Shown: positions 1-7,264, counted from the stretch's first letter. The stretch is 12,038 nt of DNA from Sandaracinaceae bacterium (GCA_044220955.1 JBGAQA010000145.1:1-12038); one strand, 5' to 3'. A program made the numbers and translations. The notes: a model not told the origin generated them from the sequence alone.

Positions 1-1003
1 CCTGCCGGCGGAGCGCCTCCTCGGCCTCCGAGAGCTCGCGCTCCAGAGCGTCGTCGCCCGCGTCGGCGCGCGCCTCGTCGAGCGCCTCCCGCAGGCGTCT
101 GCGCTCCTCGGCCGAGAGGGCTCGCTCTCGGACGCGGTCGGCCAGCGCGGCGAGGGCCTGCTGCGCGGCGTCGGCGTCGGCGTCGCGCAGCGCCTGCGCG
201 AGCTCGGCGGTGGTCTCGCCGCGTCCGAGCCGGTCGCCGAGCTCGCGCAGCAGATCCTCGCGCGTCGTGAGCGACGTGGGGCGCGGACGGTCGAGCCGCG
301 CGGAGAGCTCGCCGAGCCGGCGGAGCGCGTCGGTGCGGTCGATCGTCCGGTCCTCGAGCGCCTCGAGGAGCGCGTTCGTGTCGTCGATCGCAGCGCGCAG
401 CTCGGGCGTCGGCTCGCCCTGCTGCTCGAGCTCGCGCAGCGCGTCGCGCTCGAGGGCGACGTCGTCGGCGTGCACGAGCAGGGGCGCGAGCGTCGGCGCC
501 GGCTCGGGCGCCGGCGTCGGTACGGCGGGCCGATCGAGCGTCGAGGCGATCGCCAGGGCGGCGCAGGCGGCGACGAGCGCGCGCGCGTGCGCCGGAACGC
601 GGAGCGGGAACGCTCGGGCCGGCGAGACCCGCGTCGCGTGCGCGAGCGCGTCCTCCACGGCCAGCGCGGCGAGCGGCGAGGCTTCGATCTGGTCTCCGAG
701 CTCCAGCGCGGCCGTGAGGCGTCCGTGCAGCGCGTAGGCGCGATCGACGATCTCCGCCGGCAGGAGCGCCGGCATCGCGCGGGCGGCCGCAGCGAGCGTG
801 ATGCCGAGCGGTCCGAGCAGGCCGAGCGCCACGGCGACGCGGAGGTCGGCGTCCGCGATCCAGCCGAGCCTCGCCGCGGCGAGCGCGACCGCGATCCCGG
901 CGACGCCCGGCGCGAACGTCGTCGCGCCCGCGCGGAGGGCGCGCGCGAGTCGGACGCGCCGGGCGACTGCCCGGACGCGGACGGTGATGGGCGTGAGGTC
1001 CAT
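1..1003 (-). CDS. Membrane-anchored coiled-coil hypothetical protein, 3'-truncated by the window (resembles proteins found in MoxR/DUF58/vWA clusters)
   Basis: Not in the ORF track because it has no stop in the window. I translated it by hand from ATG at 1003: MDLTPITVRVRAVARRVRLARALRAG..., two hydrophobic segments, DRAYALHGRLTAALEL, a third hydrophobic segment, a Pro-rich linker, then E/R/A/L-rich helical sequence open to base 2. Third codon positions are strongly G/C. The family association is recalled, not searched. Confidence 0.8.
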   Translation of the reverse strand, partial: MDLTPITVRVRAVARRVRLARALRAGATTFAPGVAGIAVALAAARLGWIADADLRVAVALGLLGPLGITLAAAARAMPALLPAEIVDRAYALHGRLTAALELGDQIEASPLAALAVEDALAHATRVSPARAFPLRVPAHARALVAACAALAIASTLDRPAVPTPAPEPAPTLAPLLVHADDVALERDALRELEQQGEPTPELRAAIDDTNALLEALEDRTIDRTDALRRLGELSARLDRPRPTSLTTREDLLRELGDRLGRGETTAELAQALRDADADAAQQALAALADRVRERALSAEERRRLREALDEARADAGDDALERELSEAEEALRRQ

Positions 1004-1005
1004 GC

Positions 1006-1182
1006 TCAACGCTTCCGGCCGCCGCTTCGGGTGGATCGTCCCCGGCGCGACCGGGAGCAGGTGGGCGCGGTGCCGCCCGCGATGTCGCCCACGCGCCGCG
1101 TCGCGAGCGCGGAGACCGCGGCCATGGTCCGCCCCGAGAGCGCGCGCATCTTGCCCTTCGCGGGGGCGGCGTCGGTCGGCAT
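1006..1182 (-). CDS. Candidate small basic protein (58 aa, MPTDAAPAKGKMRALSGRTM...)
   Basis: AGGAGGAG Shine-Dalgarno lies 10 nt upstream of ATG 1182. The first ~45 codons all end in G/C. The TGA stop ends 2 nt before the next ATG (1003). No recognisable domain. Confidence 0.4.
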   Translation of the reverse strand: MPTDAAPAKGKMRALSGRTMAAVSALATRRVGDIAGGTAPTCSRSRRGRSTRSGGRKR

Positions 1183-1192
1183 CGGCTCGGGG

Positions 1193-1200
1193 CTCCTCCT
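1193..1200 (-). promoter_or_regulatory. Shine-Dalgarno sequence AGGAGGAG
   Basis: + strand ctcctcct at 1193-1200, 10 nt from ATG 1182. Confidence 0.55.
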
Positions 1201-1249
1201 CGGAGCGCAGTATCGCATCCCCGAGGAGCCGGCGCCGGACGGCCCCGTG

Positions 1250-1702
1250 TCAGGCGCGATCGACCTGGCGCACGTGGCCGCTGATCCCCAGGGCGAGGTC
1301 GGCGCTCGCGTCCATCCCCATCACGGTCGATCGCGGCAGCTGTGCCGTCCACACGAGGCGCCCGTCGAACGCGAAGAGGTGCAGGTCGGCCAGCCGCGCC
1401 ACGAGCACGCCGGCCTGCACCACGAGCAGCGTCGTCCGCGCGGCCGCGTCGCCCACGGGGACCGGCACGTGCGCGTGGAAGATCACCTGCCCGCTCGCCT
1501 GATCGAGGCTGAACAGGTGGCCGAGCGTCGCGGCGAACACGCGCCCGTCCACGACCTGCATGTCCCAGGGCACTTGAGCGCGGTTGAGCGGGAGGTCGAG
1601 CAGCGCCTGCGTCCAGCGGGTCGCGCCCGTGGCCAGGTCGATGCCGGTGATCTTGCCGTGGGCTGCGGCGACGACGATGCCCGTGGGGTCCGAGGCGAGC
1701 AT
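1250..1702 (-). CDS. Small PQQ-like beta-propeller repeat protein (150 aa)
   Basis: Repeated blade motifs GKITGIDLATGATRW, GHLFSLDQASGQVIF and LHLFAFDGRLVW match the 'A.D..TG...W' pattern. No signal peptide is evident. Confidence 0.8.
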   Translation of the reverse strand: MLASDPTGIVVAAAHGKITGIDLATGATRWTQALLDLPLNRAQVPWDMQVVDGRVFAATLGHLFSLDQASGQVIFHAHVPVPVGDAAARTTLLVVQAGVLVARLADLHLFAFDGRLVWTAQLPRSTVMGMDASADLALGISGHVRQVDRA

Positions 1703-1780
1703 CGCGGAGGGATACCACGGCGCTCACCGGCCGCGGTACGGCTCGGCCGGATCTCTCGGAATCTGTCCCGCCATCGACGA

Positions 1781-1810
1781 CGCATCCGGCTCCGCCGGTG
1801 CGCCGAGGGG
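1781..1810. repeat. 30-bp REP-like palindromic repeat, copy 1
   Basis: cgcatccggctccgccggtgcgccgagggg; 28/30 identical to 1932-1961; contains an internal bulged hairpin. Confidence 0.75.
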
Positions 1811-1931
1811 CCCTGGAAGCTCGAAGGCTGTCCCAGAATCGACGACGGCCCCGGGCACGCACCGACGGCCGCGCGCGACGAGCGGTGTGCCTCGCGAGGA
1901 GCGCAGCGACGAGTCGGAGCGAGGGGTGAGC

Positions 1932-1961
1932 CGCACCCGGCTCCGCCGGTGCGTCGAGGGG
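1932..1961. repeat. 30-bp REP-like palindromic repeat, copy 2
   Basis: cgcacccggctccgccggtgcgtcgagggg; direct repeat of 1781-1810. It lies largely within a 9-bp inverted repeat, GTGAGCCGC (1926-1934) / GCGGCTCAC (1962-1970). Confidence 0.75.
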
Positions 1962-1983
1962 GCGGCTCACGCCCGCCGAATGG

Positions 1984-3645
1984 TCAGAGCAGCGAGAACC
2001 AGTTGCCCGTCATGGCCGCGTAGGTGACGTGGCTCGAGAGCATCGAGCCGCAGAAGCCGGCCGAGAACGAGTCCTGCCCCGTCAGCCAGAGGCCGGCGAT
2101 GGAGGTCTTCGGGCGCAGCCAGTGGGTGTGCTCCACGAAGCGCGCGCCGGAGGGCTCGAGGCCGAGCGAGCTTCCGTGCCACGCGCGCGGGTTACAGCCC
2201 ATGGGGATGCCGGCGCGGACCAGCTTCGGCGTCTTGCCCACGAGCGCGGGCATGTGGCGGTGCGCGATGCGCGTGAGGTTCTCCGTGAGGCCCTCGCGCA
2301 CCTCGTCGCGAAAGGCGGCGTCGGTCTTGGCGCGCGCGACCCACGCGGGGATCCCCTCGGCGAGGACGACCACGGTCGACGTGCCGGGGTAGCGCTGCCC
2401 GTGGAGCGGGTCGCGCGCCGACGGGCTGAGCAGGTACCCGCCCATGTTCTTGAAGCGCGCCTCGCCCTTGTAGATGTGGTCGGCCTTGGAGAGGTCGTAG
2501 CGGTCGACGCCCTCGTACGTCGGCATCTCCCACACGATCTGCTTGGTGAGGTCGACGGACTCGTCGTAGCCGAGCAGCAGGTACACGTGCGAGGGCGAGG
2601 GCCCGATGTGGTCGAACTTCTCGACGTAGCCGTGCCGCGCGGCGACCTCGCGATCGAGGAGATCGAGGAAGGTGGTCGGCGCCGATGCCGCGCTGATCAC
2701 GAGCTTCGAGAAGACCTTCTCTCCGTTCTCCAGCTCCACGCCGATCGCGCGGTCGTTCTCGACGAGGATGCGCTTGACGGGGCTGCTCACGGCGAGCTGG
2801 CCGCCGGCGCCCTCGACGATCGGGATGATGCACTCGGCGATCTGGCCGGGGCCTCCGACGGGGAAGTACGCGCCGTTGCGATAGTGGAACAGGTTCACCG
2901 CGTGGAAGGCGAACGGCGCCACGTCGGGCGTGCGCCCGTGGTTGCCGTACATGTAACAGAAGATCGCCGCGAGCCGCTCGGAGAAGCCCAGCTCCTTGCG
3001 GAGCACGTCGAGCACCGAGCGGCCCATGTACGTGCGCCACGCGCCGACGTACGCGGCGTCGCGCACGCCCTCGGGCACCCACGACGGCGCGAGCTTGGTG
3101 ATCGCCCAGCTCGCGGCCCAGCGCTCGATCTTCTCCTCGAGCGCGTAGTAGCCGCGCACGTCTCCCTCGCCCGGGAACCGGCGCTCGATCCACTCGATGT
3201 TCTTCTCGGGCGAAGAGAACCACTCGTAGACGTCGTCGCCGAACGTGCAGATCTCGTGGACGTCGGGCATCTTCGCCCACTCGAGCTTGCCGCCCGTGAT
3301 GAAGTCGATCGCGGGGCGGAACATCCCGCGACCGATGCGCGGATCCATGTCGCCGATGGAGTCGATGCCGCTCGCGAACTCGAAACCGTCGATCTCGTGG
3401 ACGTGGGTGCAGCCTCCGGGCACGGGCGCGGCCTCGAGAAGCAGCACCTTCATGCCCTTCTTCTGCGCGAGGATGGATGCCATCCCCATGCCGCCGATGC
3501 CCGAGCCGATCACGATCGCGTCTGGCGACGCGAGCAGCTTCGTCGGGGCTTTGTACTTCGACTTCGCGGGCGCCGCGGCCGTGAGCAGCGGCGGGCCGGA
3601 GTGGGGCTTGCCAGGGGTGAAGAAGAGCTCCGCGTCGGTCTTCAA
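1984..3645 (-). CDS. FAD-dependent oxidoreductase, phytoene desaturase superfamily, closest in motifs to all-trans-retinol 13,14-reductase (RetSat)-like proteins
   Basis: Rossmann motif DAIVIGSGIGG...LLE...PGGC, followed by IDFITGGKLEWAKM, HYRNGAYFPVGGPGQIA..IIP, and C-terminal LRPKTSIAGLWLTGQDSFSAG. The TTG start is uncertain. Confidence 0.88.
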   Translation of the reverse strand: MKTDAELFFTPGKPHSGPPLLTAAAPAKSKYKAPTKLLASPDAIVIGSGIGGMGMASILAQKKGMKVLLLEAAPVPGGCTHVHEIDGFEFASGIDSIGDMDPRIGRGMFRPAIDFITGGKLEWAKMPDVHEICTFGDDVYEWFSSPEKNIEWIERRFPGEGDVRGYYALEEKIERWAASWAITKLAPSWVPEGVRDAAYVGAWRTYMGRSVLDVLRKELGFSERLAAIFCYMYGNHGRTPDVAPFAFHAVNLFHYRNGAYFPVGGPGQIAECIIPIVEGAGGQLAVSSPVKRILVENDRAIGVELENGEKVFSKLVISAASAPTTFLDLLDREVAARHGYVEKFDHIGPSPSHVYLLLGYDESVDLTKQIVWEMPTYEGVDRYDLSKADHIYKGEARFKNMGGYLLSPSARDPLHGQRYPGTSTVVVLAEGIPAWVARAKTDAAFRDEVREGLTENLTRIAHRHMPALVGKTPKLVRAGIPMGCNPRAWHGSSLGLEPSGARFVEHTHWLRPKTSIAGLWLTGQDSFSAGFCGSMLSSHVTYAAMTGNWFSLL

Positions 3646-3730
3646 GGTGTCGTCGTGCCTCTGCGCTCGCGTCCCGCGTCGCGGGCACCACCAAGCGGTG
3701 GCGGACCCTACAGACCTCCCCTCCGCGTGC

Positions 3731-3746
3731 GTTGACCCCGGTCAAC
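3731..3746. promoter_or_regulatory. Inverted repeat GTTGACC-cc-GGTCAAC (TTGAC-N4-GTCAA; FNR/CRP-family-like operator)
   Basis: Perfect 7-bp arms in the intergenic region upstream of the oxidoreductase. A TAnnnT hexamer (TAGGGT, minus strand, 3710-3705) lies downstream. Confidence 0.6.
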
Positions 3747-3778
3747 TCGACGAGCGGCGGGGGAGATTCCGTGCACGA

Positions 3779-4759
3779 TCAACGAACGCCGCGGAGCACG
3801 ACCCCGCGGTCGAACGCAGGGGAGAAGAGCGCGCCCCCGACGGCCCACGCCTCGCCCCGCGCGTCCGAGGCGACCGCGTGGAGATCGGGCGAGGTCGAGG
3901 GCACGAGATCCTCGGTCCACGTCCCGTCGCGTCGCTCGAGGATCAAGGCGTCGTCGCCGACCGCCAGCGCGGCACCGCCGCCCAGCGCGAACACGCCGTT
4001 CAGCGGCGGCAAGAAGGGCGGCGCCTGATCGGCGAGCGCGCCGTCGGCGAGCGTGAGGAGGATCGCGTTGCCGGTGCCGCCCACGACGAAGAGATCGTCG
4101 TCGGCGCCGTGGACGGTCGTGAGGCGCGCGCGCGTGCCGGTCTCCACGCGCGACCATCGGGATCCGTCGAAGTGCAAGGCCAGGCCCTCGTCGCCCGCGG
4201 CCCACACGTCGCGCTCGTTGCGTCCCCAGACCTTGAAGAGGAGCGGGTCGAGGAGCGAGGCCTCGATCCGGTCCTCGGGCTGCCAGGCGCCGTCCCTTCG
4301 GACCAGCATCGTGCCGCGGCTCGCCGTCCCCAGGACGTCGCCCCCCACGGCCCACGCGGTTCCGTCGGCAGCCACCCACGCGCCGAACAGCGTGCGGTCG
4401 GTGGGCGCGGGCGCGACCTCGGGATCGGCATCGGGCGTCGCGAGCGCCACCATCAGGCCGTGCTCGCCGACCCCGAGCACGCCGTCGCCGTCGCGCGCGA
4501 GCCACCAGAGGGCACCGCGGGCGCCGACGGGGACGCGCGCGAGCCCGCTCGCGTCGCCGCGCAAGAGGCACGGGCCGCTGCCGTCGTCGGCGCCGGCCAC
4601 CAGCACGCGGCCGCCGTCGACGGGCAGCACCGTCAAGAGCGCGGCGCTCGGCTCCTCGTGCGCGACGCTCCATCGGAGCGGCGGGCTCGAGGCGGGCGGT
4701 GAGCACGCGAGCACGCCGAGCGCGAGCGCGAGGGGCACGTGGCTTCCGGCGGCGCGCAC
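3779..4759 (-). CDS. Lipoprotein with BNR/WD40-like beta-propeller repeats (326 aa)
   Basis: GTG start with GAGGAG SD at 4769-4774; lipobox VLA-C; about seven repeats such as LFGAWVAADGTAWAVGG, LFKVWGRNERDVWAAGDEGLALHFDGSRW and LHAVASDARGEAWAVGG. Confidence 0.85.
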   Translation of the reverse strand: MRAAGSHVPLALALGVLACSPPASSPPLRWSVAHEEPSAALLTVLPVDGGRVLVAGADDGSGPCLLRGDASGLARVPVGARGALWWLARDGDGVLGVGEHGLMVALATPDADPEVAPAPTDRTLFGAWVAADGTAWAVGGDVLGTASRGTMLVRRDGAWQPEDRIEASLLDPLLFKVWGRNERDVWAAGDEGLALHFDGSRWSRVETGTRARLTTVHGADDDLFVVGGTGNAILLTLADGALADQAPPFLPPLNGVFALGGGAALAVGDDALILERRDGTWTEDLVPSTSPDLHAVASDARGEAWAVGGALFSPAFDRGVVLRGVR

Positions 4760-4768
4760 GTTCGTCGT

Positions 4769-4796
4769 CTCCTCAGCTCGTGAGCGCGGCGCTCAC
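4769..4796 (-). promoter_or_regulatory. Intergenic hairpin (GTGAGCG-N3-CGCTCAC, 4780-4796) followed by SD GAGGAG (4769-4774)
   Basis: A 7-bp stem overlaps the upstream stop codon (4793-4795). The SD lies 9 nt from GTG 4759. There is no U-tract, so it is not called a terminator. Confidence 0.45.
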
Positions 4797-7264
4797 AGCG
4801 ACTCCACGTACGCGGCCAGCGCGCGCAGCTGTGCGCCCGTCAGCTGCGAGGTGCCGCCGTGGGTGTCGGGCTGTCCGTCCCGCTCGTTGAAGCCTCGCGC
4901 GCCGGGCTCGAGCGCGGGATGTGCGGGCGTCGCGAGCACCTCGAGCACCGTGCGCGCGCCCCCGTGGTGCAGGAAGCGCCCACGGTCCCACGCGCCGCGC
5001 AGGCTGGTCACTCCGACGCGCAGCCCACCGTCGGTCTGCTGTGCGCGCGGGAAGGTGCCGAGGAAGCCGGCGGTGATCCGATCGACGTCGGCGCCCGTCG
5101 TCGGGTGCCGCAGCGGCGTCACGACGTAGGGCATCGAGAGCGGCGAAGCGAAGGGGGAGCCCACCGCGAGCGCCGTCAGCGGCAGCGGGTGGCAGCTCGC
5201 ACAGCCCGCCTGGGGCGAGGCGAAGATCGCCGCGCCGAGCCGGACCTCCGCGCTGGGCGCGGCGGCGTTCGGGTTCGGGATCAGCCGGGAGTGCGCCCGC
5301 AGGAAGACGCCGAGCGCGCGCGTGATGCCGTCGAAGCCCAAGGGGATGGGCGTCCGCGCGATCGATCCGTCGTCGGCGACGTGCTCGGCGTAGATCACGT
5401 CGCCGATCGTCGTCTCGCGGCCCAGGACCCGGAGGGCGGCCGCGCGGAAGTGTCGGTCCCGGGTGAGCTCGGCGCCCCCATAGTGCCGCGTCGCGCAGCC
5501 GGCCGGTGGCGCGTCGAGGCAGTGGAGCACGGCGTCGCAGCCGGGTAGCGAGGGGTCCGCCTCGCACGCCGCGTGCGTCGGCAGCGCGCCGAACACGCGG
5601 GGGTCCGTCCCCTCGCAGCAGAAGTTCTCGCGCCTCGCGAACTCGTTGATGACGGGGAAGAAGTTGCCGTCGTCCATCCCCGCCTCGAGGAACCACGGGC
5701 GGGTGTCGCTGGCGCCGCGATACGACATCACCAGGCGCGTCCCGAACGCCGGGTCGACGAGCAGCGGCATCGACACGCCCTTGCCGATCGGGCTGCCGTC
5801 GCGGTGGCAGTGAACGCACGTCTGATCGCCGTCGACCGTGAACGGCGCGGTCACGGTGTTGAACGCCTCGCCGAGCTCGGCGTCCGTGGCGGGGAACGGG
5901 CCCGACGACACGTCGCCGATCGTGGCGCGCTCGGTCGCGCTCGCCGGGTCGGCGTCGAGGTCGAGAGCCGTCAGCGACTCCCCGAGCCGATCGACGACGA
6001 CGAGCCGGGTGCCGTCGCCCACCGCGACCGCGTCCATGGCCCCGAGGCCCGTGCCGAAGAGGTGTCCCCCCGTCTCGCGCGCGGCGAGCGCGCCGCTCTC
6101 CGGATCGAGCGCGAAGGTCTGGACCTCGCTCGATCCACCGAAGACGACGGCGATGGCCGGCCGCTCGTCGCGACCCGCCACCGACACGACGCGCTCGGGC
6201 ATCGCGCCGCCCACGATCCAGGTCTGGCGCGGAGGGAGGAACGCGACGCGGCTCGCGGGCCAGCGATCGCTGCCGATCAGCTCCGCGCCGGCCTCCGGCC
6301 GCTCGGGGTCGACGTCTCGGTAGTCGCGACAGCAGATCGTGTCGGACGTGTAGCGGTGCTCGAGCGAGAGGTCGGCCAGCGAGAGCACGTCGATCTCGTT
6401 CTGCACGTCCTGGAAGACGACGTTGGCGGTCCCGTCCCCGGGCGCGCCGTCGCCGTCGCCGTCGAGACCGACGTCGGGTGGGTGCCCGGTGCCCTGCCCG
6501 GTGTGCAGGATGACGACGTGCTCGCCCACGATCAGAGCGTCGGTGACGGGCGCGTTCGGCGAGTGGAGCGCGAGCTGCGCGCCGGTGCGCGCGTCGTAGA
6601 GCGCGACGGCGAGCATGGTCTCGCTCGTGACGAGCAGTCGCTCGCCGTCGGGAGTGACGAGCACGCGGCGCGGGTTGGCGAGCACCGGCATCCCGGCGCG
6701 GCGCCACGCGACGGTTCCGTCGTCGTCCGGGATCGCGGCGAGCGCGGCCCCGTCCACGGCCACGTCCCAGCGCAGGACGGCGTCCCGCCAGCGGTTGGCG
6801 ACGTAGGCGCGCGTTCCGTCCGGCGCGAACGCGATCGCCTCCGAGTAGTACGGTGTGCCGATCTCGCCCACGACCTCCTCGTGCTCGAGATCGATGACCG
6901 ACGCGTAGCGCGCGAAGCGGTTCAGCACGACGAGGTGGCGGCCGGCGGGGTGGATGGCCAGCGCGCACGGGAAGGGGCCCACCCGGAGGCGCCGCCGGAC
7001 CGCGAGCGAGGCTGCGTCCAGCACGACGACCTCGTGGCCCGGGTCGGACTCCGTGCCCTCGAGAAGCACCCAGAGTCGATCGCGGGCGCGGTCCCATACG
7101 ACCCCGGCGGGCCGGTCGCGGTGCGGCTGCGGGGCGTAGAGCGGGTCCTCTGGCGCGAGCGCGTCCGGGACCGGGTCGAGCTCGCGCGGCAGGGCGCTCG
7201 GCGCCGGGGTCGCGACGCACGCCGAGATCAGGGCGACCATCGCCGCGGGCGACCGTCCGATCAC
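4793..7264 (-). CDS. Lipoprotein: YVTN/YncE-type beta-propeller fused to a di-heme cytochrome c peroxidase/MauG-like domain (~823 aa)
   Basis: Likely GTG start at 7264, overlapping the upstream TGA (GTGA); alternative ATG at 7240. Lipobox ISA-C. Propeller blades include AIAFAPDGTRAYVAN and RVLVTPDGERLLVT. Heme motifs are CVHCH (5804-5818) and CASCH (5189-5203), with CcP-like SLRGAWDRGRFLHHGG and terminal LRALAAYVESL. Confidence 0.88.
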   Translation of the reverse strand: MIGRSPAAMVALISACVATPAPSALPRELDPVPDALAPEDPLYAPQPHRDRPAGVVWDRARDRLWVLLEGTESDPGHEVVVLDAASLAVRRRLRVGPFPCALAIHPAGRHLVVLNRFARYASVIDLEHEEVVGEIGTPYYSEAIAFAPDGTRAYVANRWRDAVLRWDVAVDGAALAAIPDDDGTVAWRRAGMPVLANPRRVLVTPDGERLLVTSETMLAVALYDARTGAQLALHSPNAPVTDALIVGEHVVILHTGQGTGHPPDVGLDGDGDGAPGDGTANVVFQDVQNEIDVLSLADLSLEHRYTSDTICCRDYRDVDPERPEAGAELIGSDRWPASRVAFLPPRQTWIVGGAMPERVVSVAGRDERPAIAVVFGGSSEVQTFALDPESGALAARETGGHLFGTGLGAMDAVAVGDGTRLVVVDRLGESLTALDLDADPASATERATIGDVSSGPFPATDAELGEAFNTVTAPFTVDGDQTCVHCHRDGSPIGKGVSMPLLVDPAFGTRLVMSYRGASDTRPWFLEAGMDDGNFFPVINEFARRENFCCEGTDPRVFGALPTHAACEADPSLPGCDAVLHCLDAPPAGCATRHYGGAELTRDRHFRAAALRVLGRETTIGDVIYAEHVADDGSIARTPIPLGFDGITRALGVFLRAHSRLIPNPNAAAPSAEVRLGAAIFASPQAGCASCHPLPLTALAVGSPFASPLSMPYVVTPLRHPTTGADVDRITAGFLGTFPRAQQTDGGLRVGVTSLRGAWDRGRFLHHGGARTVLEVLATPAHPALEPGARGFNERDGQPDTHGGTSQLTGAQLRALAAYVESL

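Noticed and set aside
1703..1717. Extended -10-like TGGTATCCC, 6 nt before ATG 1702 (leaderless promoter)
   Set aside because: It lacks the conserved final T of the -10 hexamer and is too weak to call without TSS data.
1724..1936. 70-aa minus-strand ORF
   Set aside because: It spans the repeat element, shows weaker third-position GC bias, and has no recognisable motif.
1781..1961. CRISPR array
   Set aside because: Only two repeat copies, a 121-nt spacer (too long), and no cas genes in the window.
1926..1970. Intrinsic terminator after the oxidoreductase
   Set aside because: A stem is present but there is no U-tract on either strand; it is reported as part of the repeat element instead.
1984..3645. 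Gene symbol crtI
   Set aside because: The motifs fit the RetSat-like branch better, and there is no carotenoid gene context.
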